From NCBI GenBank assembly GCA_046483495.1, contig JAWODC010000092.1:1-64000 (forward strand): a stretch of 64,000 bases of DNA, given 5' to 3'. The position numbers were made by a program, and so were the translations under genes. Of the stretch, positions 20,869 to 30,584 are shown piece by piece. The first letter of the stretch is position 1. Each line of letters begins with the position of its first letter. The stretch is from Desulfobacterales bacterium (GTDB lineage: Bacteria; Desulfobacterota; Desulfobacteria; Desulfobacterales; UBA5616). The notes beneath the pieces were generated by a model. That model saw only the letters and a program-made list of their open reading frames with translations. It was not told where the DNA came from and searched no databases.

Positions 20869-21723
20869 TCACACCCGTCCTCCACTCCACCTGAGTTTTG
20901 CCTTGAGTACATCGAAATAGTTTTGATCCGGCAGGGTGATCATTTTTATTGAATGCGGACTTTTGCCCACATAGATTTCATCTCTTTCATTGATTTCAAG
21001 TCCTGCCTGACCGTCGAATGTAATCATAATGTCCGATGATTTCTTGGCCAGCTTCATTTTGATATAAACGGTGTCGGACAAGATGATCGGCCGGTTTGTC
21101 AGTGTAAAGGGGCAAATAGGGGTCATGATAATGGCGGGCACTTGCGGATGAACAATCGGTCCTCCAGCGGCCAGTGAATAGGCGGTCGAACCGGTGGGTG
21201 TCGAGACGATCAGTCCGTCTGCCCTGTATGTCGTCAGATAATGATCATCGATATAGGTTTCAATATCGGCCAGCCGGGCGAGCGCTCCTTTATTGATGAC
21301 AATATCGTTTAAAACGGTTTCATGTATCACTTCGGTTTCGTCTCTGACAACCCGAACAGAAAGCCGCATGCGCGGTGTGGTTGAAAACCGGTGATCCAAT
21401 ATGTGTTTTGCCGTGATGAACAGGTTTTCTTCCGTCGTCTCGGCCAAAAATCCAACCTCCCCGAATTTTACGCCCATAATGGGGATATCCTGGTCGCCGA
21501 TCCATCGGACCGCGCTCAAAAAAGTGCCGTCTCCACCAAGAACGAATACGCAGAATAAATCATCGGGAGCTCTCTGCCGTCCTTTTGGGGAAAGCCGGCG
21601 ATCCGGCTGCCGGGTTTTTTTTCTCACCACATGGACACGGTGAGAAGTAAGCCACTTCTCCAACTCATCGGCTCTTTTGACGGCTTCCGGGTCCATTTTG
21701 ACCACAAGCCCTATCTTTTTCAT
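20869..21723 (-). CDS. nadK: NAD(+) kinase
   Basis: [33 protein letters not shown] and DGQ motifs. Confidence 0.97.
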   Translation of the reverse strand: MKKIGLVVKMDPEAVKRADELEKWLTSHRVHVVRKKTRQPDRRLSPKGRQRAPDDLFCVFVLGGDGTFLSAVRWIGDQDIPIMGVKFGEVGFLAETTEENLFITAKHILDHRFSTTPRMRLSVRVVRDETEVIHETVLNDIVINKGALARLADIETYIDDHYLTTYRADGLIVSTPTGSTAYSLAAGGPIVHPQVPAIIMTPICPFTLTNRPIILSDTVYIKMKLAKKSSDIMITFDGQAGLEINERDEIYVGKSPHSIKMITLPDQNYFDVLKAKLRWSGGRV

Positions 21724-21885
21724 GAATTCGTGTAACCTTTATAACGTACTATTACTATTATATCGCACTATCTTGTAAATCACACTATTTTGTCCGCGAA
21801 TGCGACGGTTTGCATTACGTTTCAGCCGAGATGACTTCATCCATACCGTCTAAGGGTTAAAACGGCAAGTTTTATTTGGCTTGAT

Positions 21886-23379
21886 TTATCCGAGATCCAT
21901 ATCTTCTTTCGGCGGCCGTTTCCAGGGTCTTCCGGCAAACACCAGCGCCGCCGCAAACGTCAATACCAGCCAGCTGCATCCGATAAATACGAGCGATGTC
22001 CAGGAGTAATTTTCATATGGATGCAGAAACTCACGATAAATGTCTCCTATGACGATCAGGGTAAGAACGATTGGAACGAAAAACTTGACCATAAATTCCC
22101 ACCATCTTCCCAGTTGAAGTGTGGAGACGCGATTGATATGGGCCCTTAATTTTTCCAAATCGAGCATCCACCCAAGCAGAATGCATTCCGCGATGCCGAC
22201 TACGACAAGTCCGTAATGCGTCAAGAAGTGATCAACGATATCCAACCAGAAGAGGCCGGCCTGAGTGGTAAAAATGATGGATCCCAAAAACCCCAGAAGG
22301 CAGACGACAGTCACCAATTTTTTTTTCCCGATCTGAAATTTGTCCAGTACGGATGAAGAAAAGGCCTCGATGATGGAAATGGAAGACGAGAGCCCTGCAA
22401 TGACCAGGCTCATAAAGAAAATGGCGCCGAAAAAGTTGCCTCCCGGCATTAAATCAACGGCCTTCGGGTATGCCACAAATGCCAGGCCGATGCTTTGCGT
22501 CACCACCTCGGAAATGGGCTTTCCCTGGGTGGTCGCCATGAATCCGAGGACCGAAAATACGGCAAGTCCGGCGAAAAGCGAAAAACCGGAATTGATGCAG
22601 GCGGTTAAAAAGGCACTCCTGGTCAGGTTCGCGTCCTCCGGCAGGTAACTGGCATACGCGATCATAATTCCGAAACCGAGACTCAGGGTAAAAAAGATCT
22701 GGCTGAATGCATCGATCCACACTTCCGGTTTGGACAACACCGTAAAATCGGGTGTCAAATAGGCCCTAAGGCCCATCATTGCGCCTTCCAATGATAAAGA
22801 CCAGAAGACCAGAACAGTGGTTAGCACAAATAAAAGGGGCATGAAGATTTTGTTGGCGAGTTCAATCCCTTTTTGGACCCCTCTGAAGACAATGATCCAG
22901 TTCATGATCCATACCGCAGCAACCCCCGCCAGTACCCGGCCGCGGATGGCGCCGATGGTTCCCGGGCCCTCACTGACAGCAAGAAAATCATTGAAAAAAA
23001 ATGTATTGGGATCGGATCCCCAGCCCAGATCGATCGAAAGAACAAAAAAATTGATGCACCATGCGATAATGACCGAGTAGTACAATTCGATCCCGAACAT
23101 TACAAATATGACCGACCACCACCCGAGCCGCTCCCATTTTTTCCGGATTTTGAAAAACGCCAGAGGTGCGGACCCCACCCTTTCATGCCCTATGGCAAAT
23201 TCCAGTATCAATAAGGAGACGCCTGTGGTGAATAAGGCAACGATATAGGGAATCAAAAACGCACCTCCCCCGTTGCTGTATGCCATGTAACTGAAACGCC
23301 AGATGTTGCCCAGACCGATAGCGGATCCTACAGCGGCGAGAATAAAACCGATTTGGCTTTTCCACTTTTCTCTCTCCAT
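21886..23379 (-). CDS. Sodium-dependent transporter (NSS/SNF family)
   Basis: GSAIGLGNIWRF.Y...NGGGAF, QIFFTLSLGFG.MIAYASY and GLAFVAYP motifs. Confidence 0.96.
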   Translation of the reverse strand: MEREKWKSQIGFILAAVGSAIGLGNIWRFSYMAYSNGGGAFLIPYIVALFTTGVSLLILEFAIGHERVGSAPLAFFKIRKKWERLGWWSVIFVMFGIELYYSVIIAWCINFFVLSIDLGWGSDPNTFFFNDFLAVSEGPGTIGAIRGRVLAGVAAVWIMNWIIVFRGVQKGIELANKIFMPLLFVLTTVLVFWSLSLEGAMMGLRAYLTPDFTVLSKPEVWIDAFSQIFFTLSLGFGIMIAYASYLPEDANLTRSAFLTACINSGFSLFAGLAVFSVLGFMATTQGKPISEVVTQSIGLAFVAYPKAVDLMPGGNFFGAIFFMSLVIAGLSSSISIIEAFSSSVLDKFQIGKKKLVTVVCLLGFLGSIIFTTQAGLFWLDIVDHFLTHYGLVVVGIAECILLGWMLDLEKLRAHINRVSTLQLGRWWEFMVKFFVPIVLTLIVIGDIYREFLHPYENYSWTSLVFIGCSWLVLTFAAALVFAGRPWKRPPKEDMDLG

Positions 23380-23807
23380 ATGTATAGCGGCTCCTAACGT
23401 GATTTCATCTACAAAACCGTCTTCAAAATAATCGTTTGTCCCGATATCTTCGTCGGAGCCACATTTTATGTCCTCAACTTACTTGAGTATGCCTGTGGCT
23501 CAAATGTAACTCCGCCTCGATCGTTAAGGGAAATAGTATTTTGAGATAGCTTGCAGCAAATTGCGAATTCAACTTGTGGAACGAATAATCCCGTTTTTTT
23601 GTCGATATCTTACGATGCACTTTATTTTTATACATGCGTTTTTGGGAGGGCGGAAACCTCGACGACCGCTCCGGCAAGCCGGTGCCCCGAAAAAGATCGG
23701 CGTAAATGTCGTAGAAAATTCTGAACATACGCCATATCTTTATTTTTGAAGGTTTTCAAGCAGATTCTCGGAAGACTTGACATACGGCATTGCCGTCTTA
23801 TTTTTTG

Positions 23808-23884
23808 GTTAAGGATGTGGGTAATTGAAAAAATCTCATCCTCCTCCCCCGGGAGAGCGGATTAAAATCTGCTCTCCCGTTTTT
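23808..23884 (+). ncRNA. Candidate small RNA with an anti-SD tract
   Basis: TTGACA at 23777-23782 and TATTTT at 23799-23804, an AGGATG/CATCCT stem, a CCTCCTCCCC tract and a strong terminator. No ORF. Confidence 0.55.
23850..23884 (+). terminator. Rho-independent terminator
   Basis: CGGGAGAGCGGAT-TAAA-ATCTGCTCTCCCG followed by TTTTT. Confidence 0.85.
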
Positions 23885-24063
23885 GATTCATGACCGGAAA
23901 TTATCTTTATATTGGCATTTTACCAGATTTTGTACTAATTTACTTGAACAACGGCATCTTTTTTCACACAGCGGCGTTTTCGTCTTTTCAACATCCTCGA
24001 AACAGCACCATTTACAAGTACGCTTTATCGTGATGAGCCCCTTTTCGGGTTAAGACGCAGAAC

Positions 24064-25332
24064 ATGGACAAGAAACGAAACCGGCGATTTTACGGATGGA
24101 CAAACGCGGGGCTGCTCTTTTTTATCTACCTGAGCACCACAGGCATTGTCTTTTATGGATTTGCCGTAATATTTCCGGTGATGATTACGTCCATGGGGTG
24201 GGCCCGGGGTGATGCCTCATGGGCCCAATCCCTGAATGGGTGCTTATGGGGCCTTTTGATGCCCGTCGCCGCTTTCTCTATGCATGCATTCGGCATCAAA
24301 AGAACCGTTGCCGCCGGGCTCGTGATATTGCTGTCGGGCCTTTTTCTGCTGGGCGTATGTACCACGACATTATGGCAATGGACGCTGTATTGGGGTGGGA
24401 TAATCGCTGTCGGACTGGTCCTGTGCGGCCTGATGCCCATCCAAACCATCCTCATGCATTGGTTCATCGAAAAACGGATGACGGTTATCGGCATTGTTGC
24501 TGCCGGGGCCCCGTTGGGGGGATTTATCGCTCAGCCGTTTTTTGTATGGATTTTATCCCTTACGGGATCATGGCGATGCGCCTGGTTGGCTGCCGCCGCC
24601 TTCGTTTCGGCGGCATTCGTTGCCTGGTGTTTTGTCAAAGAAAAGCCGGCGGACGTGGGACAGTTCCCAAACGGGTTGACCCCCCAGGCCGAAACATCCG
24701 GTTACGATGCGTCAACTCCAAAAACTCGAACGTACCGAACGCACAATCCATGGACCTTGAAGGCCGCTATCGCCACGCCGACGCTTTACTTTGCCATGGC
24801 GGCTTCGCTGGCTTATCTGTTGCCTCTGTTGATGATGACGACTCACGGCATCCTTCATTTTACCGATGCCGGCCTATCCGCCAAAGAGGCGGCGTCTGTT
24901 GTCAGCGCCATTCTGCTGGGAAGCGCCTTGTCCAGGTTTCCGGCGGGTATTCTGGGCGACCGGCTGGAGGCGAGATGGGTAATCACCGGTACACTGGCCG
25001 TGCTGTTCGTTTCTTTTGTAATCATTTGGAAAGTCAGCGGTACGGTATTTCTTCCCATTTCCGGGTTTCTATTCGGCTGTGCTTACGGAGCCTGCCTGGT
25101 TTTGATACCTGCAATGCTGGGAAACTATTACGGACCGGAGTCCTTTCCAAAAATCATGGGATTCTTAACCCCTTTTTTAATAGCCTTCGAGACGGCTGTT
25201 CCGGTGGGTGCGGGGGTAATCGCCGATAAGACCGGCTCTTACGATATCGCTTTTTTCATTTTGCTCATCTTCATCGCCCTTGGCGTTGTCGGCGCTGCTT
25301 TGTGTAAACCGCCGTCCTTGCCGACGGATTGA
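24064..25332 (+). CDS. MFS transporter (OFA/MCT-like)
   Basis: About 12 hydrophobic segments, RRFYGW N-terminus, HWF.EKR, G.LGDR and NYYG motifs. Confidence 0.92.
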   Translation: MDKKRNRRFYGWTNAGLLFFIYLSTTGIVFYGFAVIFPVMITSMGWARGDASWAQSLNGCLWGLLMPVAAFSMHAFGIKRTVAAGLVILLSGLFLLGVCTTTLWQWTLYWGGIIAVGLVLCGLMPIQTILMHWFIEKRMTVIGIVAAGAPLGGFIAQPFFVWILSLTGSWRCAWLAAAAFVSAAFVAWCFVKEKPADVGQFPNGLTPQAETSGYDASTPKTRTYRTHNPWTLKAAIATPTLYFAMAASLAYLLPLLMMTTHGILHFTDAGLSAKEAASVVSAILLGSALSRFPAGILGDRLEARWVITGTLAVLFVSFVIIWKVSGTVFLPISGFLFGCAYGACLVLIPAMLGNYYGPESFPKIMGFLTPFLIAFETAVPVGAGVIADKTGSYDIAFFILLIFIALGVVGAALCKPPSLPTD

Positions 25333-25471
25333 ATCGCCGAAGCCTTTTGCCTTTTTGACATGCACCGTTAATCCTCAGGACACCCGAACGTCGGCTGGAA
25401 AATGTAAATCAGCAATCGCATCCACGGCGGCAACTCGAAATGTGAAGGGGCAGTGAAATGCGGTCGAGCGC

Positions 25472-25792
25472 TTATCGGTAATCTTCTCTTACCGGGCTGA
25501 ATACATCGATAACACAGCAGTCCGTCAAGGCCTTGCCCGTGTGAGGCACATGGGAAGGGATTACAGCGACTTCGCCGGGTTTCAGAATTTGGGTATGTCC
25601 CCCTATGGTAAACTCGAATTCTCCTTTGATTACGTTCGACACCTGCTCGTGTTCATGGGCATGCTCCGGAAGGACGGCGCCTGCATCGAGTGTCACGATT
25701 GAAATCGTCATCCTTTCCGTATGAATGAGCCTGGCCCGGCATCCGGGGAAAAGCGCTTTGGTCGTCATATTTTCAGGCGTGTAAAAGATCAC
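25472..25792 (-). CDS. Cupin domain protein
   Basis: PEHAHEHEQ, IPSHVPH and DVFSPVREDY motifs. Confidence 0.93.
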   Translation of the reverse strand: MIFYTPENMTTKALFPGCRARLIHTERMTISIVTLDAGAVLPEHAHEHEQVSNVIKGEFEFTIGGHTQILKPGEVAVIPSHVPHTGKALTDCCVIDVFSPVREDYR

Positions 25793-25822
25793 GGCAATAC
25801 CTCCTTAGGCCGGTTTGGCGAA

Positions 25823-27592
25823 TTACACGATTCGGCGGAATTTTTTTTCGAGTTCGGTAGTGGTCCACCGAATCCATGTGGGGCGTCCGTGGGGACATGT
25901 ATCGGGATTTTCACACCCATCCAGTTGATGGAGGAGTTTAAGCATTTGTTCCTCGGACAGCGGTTGATTCGCCCTCACGGCGCCATGACATGCCATTATT
26001 TTGAGGCATTCATCAAGGGCCTTTGCCAACCCCGCGGCAAATCCGATTTCCATCATTTTTTCGATCATTTCGAAGACGATCGGTTTGACGTCCCGGTCGG
26101 CAAGCATTACGGGTATGGTCTTCAGTGAAAACGTATTTCCGCCGAATGGTTCTATTTCGATTCCGATTCGGTTCAGGTCCGGAATCAGCTCTTCCATCAG
26201 CCGGGCCGCCCGATATCCGAGATCGAAGTTTTCCGGCATCAACAGTTTCTGAATAGAGGTCGGCCGGTTCTCGGTCCGGCTTCGAATCTGTTCGTATAAA
26301 ATGCGCTCGTGTGCCGCATGCTGGTCGATGAGAATCAACCCGTCCGTTTTCTGGCACACCAGGTACGAATTGAACACCTGCCCTATGAGGGTCAAACCGC
26401 TGAAAAACCGCTCCCCCCATAGGGCCTGCTGCCCGACGGTATCCGCTGTAGTTGCCCTTGGGTTCGTTGATTCGGCATGCATAGAAGGCCCATTAACAGG
26501 TTCTTGCACACGCTGTTTGGGGGGTGAGGGATGATGATAACCCGTCGGGCGCGGGAATTCCTCCGGCCGCACGGCCGGCGGCATCGTCCGGGATTGTGGC
26601 GGCGGCCGTTTTTTGAATGCCCCGGCAACGGCGGCAGCTACCGCGTCATGCACTTTTTTATGATCTGCGAACCGGACTTCATGTTTGGAAGGATGGACGT
26701 TAACATCCACCTGATTTGCGGGAATTTCGATATAAAGGACGACAAGAGGAAACCGTCCTTTCATCAGGCGTCCGGAAAATCCCTCGACGATGGCGTGGGT
26801 GATTCCCCTGTCCCTGACAAACCGTTTATTGACAAACAGGTAAATGCCTTTCGAGGTGCTCCGGTCATGACGATCCGAAGCAGTCCATCCGGTAACGGCC
26901 AACCCCTCCTGCTCAAAATGAACGGCATGCAAATCGCTCGCCACCTCTTTTCCCAGTACATCCAACACCCTGTGCCTCGGGTCGGGTGATGAGGGCCAAT
27001 TGTATACGGTTTTTCCATTATGGCACAATTGGATGCGAACATTCGGGTGCCCGAGCGCCATCCGGGAGACCACATCGGCGATATGTCCTGCTTCCGTATT
27101 GATGGTTTTTAGGAATTTTCGTCTTGCCGGGGTATTGAAGAATAAATCGTTTACCGTGATGACGGTTCCTCTGGGAGCGCCGGTTTCCCTGACCTGGAGA
27201 ATCTTTCCTCCTTTAATTGCGATTTCGGTGCCCGAAGGTGATAATTCATCCCAGGTAACGAGGTTGAAGCGGGAAACCGAAGCAATACTGGGGAGTGCTT
27301 CGCCCCTGAATCCAAGTGTTCGGATGGAAAACAGGTCTTCATCGGTGAATATCTTGCTGGTGGCGTATCGTTCGATGGCCAGAAGGGCATCATCGTGGTT
27401 CATGCCGGAACCATTGTCCGATACGCGCATCAAAGAACGGCCGCCCCGTTCGATGTCGATCTGAATACGCGAGCTCCCGGCATCGATGGCGTTTTCCATC
27501 AATTCTTTGATGACGGAGCAGGGGCGTTCCACCACCTCACCCGCCGCAATTTTATTGGACACGATTTCCGGAAGTATCTTTATGCGGGACAT
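25823..27592 (-). CDS. mutL: DNA mismatch repair endonuclease MutL
   Basis: IAAGEVVERP, ENAIDAG, GFRGEAL, DQHAAHERILYE, ACH and CPHGRP motifs. Confidence 0.98.
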   Translation of the reverse strand: MSRIKILPEIVSNKIAAGEVVERPCSVIKELMENAIDAGSSRIQIDIERGGRSLMRVSDNGSGMNHDDALLAIERYATSKIFTDEDLFSIRTLGFRGEALPSIASVSRFNLVTWDELSPSGTEIAIKGGKILQVRETGAPRGTVITVNDLFFNTPARRKFLKTINTEAGHIADVVSRMALGHPNVRIQLCHNGKTVYNWPSSPDPRHRVLDVLGKEVASDLHAVHFEQEGLAVTGWTASDRHDRSTSKGIYLFVNKRFVRDRGITHAIVEGFSGRLMKGRFPLVVLYIEIPANQVDVNVHPSKHEVRFADHKKVHDAVAAAVAGAFKKRPPPQSRTMPPAVRPEEFPRPTGYHHPSPPKQRVQEPVNGPSMHAESTNPRATTADTVGQQALWGERFFSGLTLIGQVFNSYLVCQKTDGLILIDQHAAHERILYEQIRSRTENRPTSIQKLLMPENFDLGYRAARLMEELIPDLNRIGIEIEPFGGNTFSLKTIPVMLADRDVKPIVFEMIEKMMEIGFAAGLAKALDECLKIMACHGAVRANQPLSEEQMLKLLHQLDGCENPDTCPHGRPTWIRWTTTELEKKFRRIV

Positions 27593-27667
27593 GTGAAAAG
27601 TTTTTTTGGCGATTGGGCCACAGGCACTGTCGATGTCAACTCTTAAATCGATTGAAAGCCGGTGTGC

Positions 27668-27865
27668 CTATGGCTCTTCCTGTGACCGGCTTTCCCCCTT
27701 ACAAAAACGTGCCAAAAATTCCTGCTCTTTCGGCGAAAGATTAAAACGCAACCCGGCGTCACCAACCAGTTTGTGGACAGGGATATCGGGGTGTCGGGTT
27801 CGCTGCTCGGAAATCCACTTAACAGCGTTTCTGATGGCCTCGCCCTCGGGCATAATCGTCGTCAT
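27668..27865 (-). CDS. Small conserved hypothetical protein
   Basis: 65 aa (GEAIRNAVKWISE...RFNLSPKEQEFL) with RBS GAGGGG, co-oriented between gatA and mutL. Confidence 0.75.
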   Translation of the reverse strand: MTTIMPEGEAIRNAVKWISEQRTRHPDIPVHKLVGDAGLRFNLSPKEQEFLARFCKGESRSQEEP

Positions 27866-27981
27866 AATCCCCCTCTATCGTTGCATGAACCGGCGCCCGT
27901 ACCGAAAATCAGCGGAAAAGAGAATTGTTTTCAATTTTCCTCCCGGCTTTTTGGGCTCCTTACCCGCCTGTTCAGCGGGTG

Positions 27982-29454
27982 TCATTCGTGCGTGTCCGGC
28001 AGTTCCGGCGTCTTACGATGAAATTCGGTTGCCTGTTCGAACTGGTGTGCGATCCGAAGCAACATCGGCTCGTTGAAATGCGCCCCGAGCAGTTGGAGTC
28101 CGATAGGAAGCCCTTCGGGAGAAAAGCCGCAGGGGACGGAAATGCCCGGGATGCCCGCCAGATTGGCCGAAAGGGTATAAATGTCGGACAAATACATGGT
28201 TAACGGATCGTCGAGGTTTTCTCCAATTTCAAAGGGGGGCGCCGGAACCGTCGGCGAAAGTATCGCGTCGCAGGAATCGAAGGCTTTTTTGAAATCATCC
28301 ATAATCAACGTTCGGACCTGAGACGCTTTCTTGTAATAGGCATCGTAATATCCGGCTGAAAGCGCATAGGTGCCTAAAATGATGCGGCGCTGGACCTCGG
28401 GGCCGAAACCGCTGGATCTCGTTTTTCGGTACATTTCGATGATGGAGGAGCCTTCTTCTCTGAGGCCGTATTTCACCCCGTCATAACGGGCGAGGTTGGA
28501 GCTCGCTTCCGACGGTGCGATCAAATAATAGGCGGCCACCGCATATTCGGTATGGGGAAGGGAAACCTCCACACAATGAGCGCCGAGTCCTTCAATGGTT
28601 TCAACGGCCCGTTTTACGGCATCTTCCACCGCAGCGTTCAATCCCCGCACGTTAAAGTACTGTTTCGGAATACCGACCGTGCACCCGTCGAGCTCGGTAT
28701 CCAACAATGCCGTAAAATCCGGTACCCGCCTGGGAACGGATGTCGCGTCTTTTGAATCGTGCCCGGATATCGTGTTCATCAACAATGCAGCGTCCAGAAC
28801 GGTTTTAGTCAGGGGTCCGATCTGATCCAGTGAAGATGCAAACGCTACAAGTCCGTAGCGGGAAACGCGGCCGTAAGTCGGTTTTAAGCCCACGATACCG
28901 CAGTGAGCCGCCGGCTGTCGAATGGACCCGCCGGTGTCCGATCCCAAAGCGCCCAGGCACAAGCCTGCAGCAACAGCCGCAGCCGATCCGCCGCTGGAAC
29001 CGCCGGGTATCCGCCGGGTGTCCCATGGATTTTTAGTGGGTTTAAAGGCGGAGAATTCGGTGGATGATCCCATGGCGAATTCATCCATATTCGCTTTTCC
29101 CACCATTACGGCACCGGCCGCATTCAGCTTTTCCACAACGGTTGCGTCATACGGCGGAATAAAACGTTCGAGCATTCGCGATGCGCACGTCGTCCGGATG
29201 TCCTTTGTGCAGATTAAATCCTTGACAGCCAGAGGAATTCCCGTAAGCGGTGACATGTCTTTGCGGGCTATTCGTTCGTCGGCCTGCCGGGCCTGGGCCA
29301 GCGCCGTTTCCGGTGTCACGGTAATATAGGCCCCGATCATGTCATCCAGGTCTTGGATGCGGTCTAAGATCGCCCGGGTCAATTCGGTGGATGAAATCGC
29401 CCCGCTTAAAAGGAGATGGTGGGCGTCTGTTATGGTAAGTCCATCGATGTTCAT
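27982..29454 (-). CDS. gatA: Asp/Glu-tRNA amidotransferase subunit A
   Basis: Amidase signature GGSSGGSAAAVAA, GSDTGGSIRQPA and SSNLARYDG. Confidence 0.98.
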   Translation of the reverse strand: MNIDGLTITDAHHLLLSGAISSTELTRAILDRIQDLDDMIGAYITVTPETALAQARQADERIARKDMSPLTGIPLAVKDLICTKDIRTTCASRMLERFIPPYDATVVEKLNAAGAVMVGKANMDEFAMGSSTEFSAFKPTKNPWDTRRIPGGSSGGSAAAVAAGLCLGALGSDTGGSIRQPAAHCGIVGLKPTYGRVSRYGLVAFASSLDQIGPLTKTVLDAALLMNTISGHDSKDATSVPRRVPDFTALLDTELDGCTVGIPKQYFNVRGLNAAVEDAVKRAVETIEGLGAHCVEVSLPHTEYAVAAYYLIAPSEASSNLARYDGVKYGLREEGSSIIEMYRKTRSSGFGPEVQRRIILGTYALSAGYYDAYYKKASQVRTLIMDDFKKAFDSCDAILSPTVPAPPFEIGENLDDPLTMYLSDIYTLSANLAGIPGISVPCGFSPEGLPIGLQLLGAHFNEPMLLRIAHQFEQATEFHRKTPELPDTHE

Positions 29455-29470
29455 ACTTTAATCGGTCTCC

Positions 29471-29758
29471 TTATCCGATGACTTTCGGCACCAAAAACCA
29501 GCCGTCTTCCTTTTCAGGGGCGTTTGCCAGTGCCGCATCCCGTTGAAGATGGTTTCCCGGATCATCCTCCCGAAAGGCATTATTCAAAAAAATGGCATGC
29601 GACGTGGGGGTTACGCCCTCAGTGTCCACCGTGTTCAACACATCGATATATGCCAGGATCGATCCTATTTGAGCGGCAAACTTATCTATCAGGTCCTCTT
29701 CTATGTCCAGACGGGCCAGTTTGGCCACATGCACCACTTCTTCCTTGGTGATTTTCAT
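29471..29758 (-). CDS. gatC: Asp/Glu-tRNA amidotransferase subunit C
   Basis: HVAKLARL, REDD and ANAP...FLVPKVI motifs, directly upstream of gatA. Confidence 0.97.
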   Translation of the reverse strand: MKITKEEVVHVAKLARLDIEEDLIDKFAAQIGSILAYIDVLNTVDTEGVTPTSHAIFLNNAFREDDPGNHLQRDAALANAPEKEDGWFLVPKVIG

Positions 29759-29774
29759 TTTTCATTCATCCATT

Positions 29775-30467
29775 TTACAATGTAATCAACAGCGGGTTAT
29801 ACTTTTGGGATTTCAATCGCGATATCGCACTTTCAGCATCTTTTTTTTCTCGAAACGGGCCTACGCGAACCCTGTACCATATTCCTTTGCCGGAAATGGT
29901 GGAGGCCATTTGGTATGCGTCATACCCCTGATGTCTCAATTTTGCCACCATTTTTTCCGCGGCGGCACGGTCCTTCAGCGAGGATACCTGAATGGTCCAC
30001 CCGTATTCACTTTCCTTCAAAGGCGTTTCCGGGTTTATTGCCGTATTTTCCGGCGGCGCTGCCGCAGCAGCTTTTTTTTCCGCTACTATCGAAGGGGTTG
30101 CCGTTGTATCGGGTTTTTCAAAAGCCGGCTTTTTTGCAGCCACTATGGTATGAACCGGCTCGGACGCTTTCAAATCCTCGAAAAATTCCAGGTCATCTTT
30201 ATTGTTTACGGCCTCTGAAAGGGTTTTAAACTGCTCGCGCTCCTTTTTTGTCACCGCATGCTTAAGGACCGCCAGTTCATCTTGTATTTTTTTGATATCG
30301 AACTGAACCGGCGCCGTTCCCCTTCCGACCAGAATCCCGAGTACGAACATCCAGATCGATGAGAAGCAGATCAGGCCGATCCAGAAGCCGGGTCCTTTTT
30401 TCGAGTTTTCCACCGGCGCATTGGATTTCTGACGCGCAGGCCGTTTATGCGGAGGTTTTTCCGTCAT
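29775..30467 (-). CDS. SPOR-domain cell division protein (FtsN/DedD-like)
   Basis: Single TM (WMFVLGILVGRG) and C-terminal SPOR (IQVSS, WYRVRVGPF), downstream of argS. Confidence 0.9.
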   Translation of the reverse strand: MTEKPPHKRPARQKSNAPVENSKKGPGFWIGLICFSSIWMFVLGILVGRGTAPVQFDIKKIQDELAVLKHAVTKKEREQFKTLSEAVNNKDDLEFFEDLKASEPVHTIVAAKKPAFEKPDTTATPSIVAEKKAAAAAPPENTAINPETPLKESEYGWTIQVSSLKDRAAAEKMVAKLRHQGYDAYQMASTISGKGIWYRVRVGPFREKKDAESAISRLKSQKYNPLLITL

Positions 30468-30584
30468 ATGAGCATCGATCCAAACCCCGGCGCGTTGGAC
30501 CCGGGCAAATCAATCGGTTTTCCCCACGTTTCCGTCACCACCTGTACGGCGCAGCACTTCGGCTCTCCAATCGGGAGATCATTT

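Noticed and set aside
24219..25229. 336-aa alternate-frame ORF inside the MFS gene
   Set aside because: It is fully nested in a convincing MFS gene and has an Arg/Cys/Gly-rich shadow-frame composition.
27982..29758. gatC-gatA without gatB
   Set aside because: A separately located gatB is common, so this is not evidence of loss.
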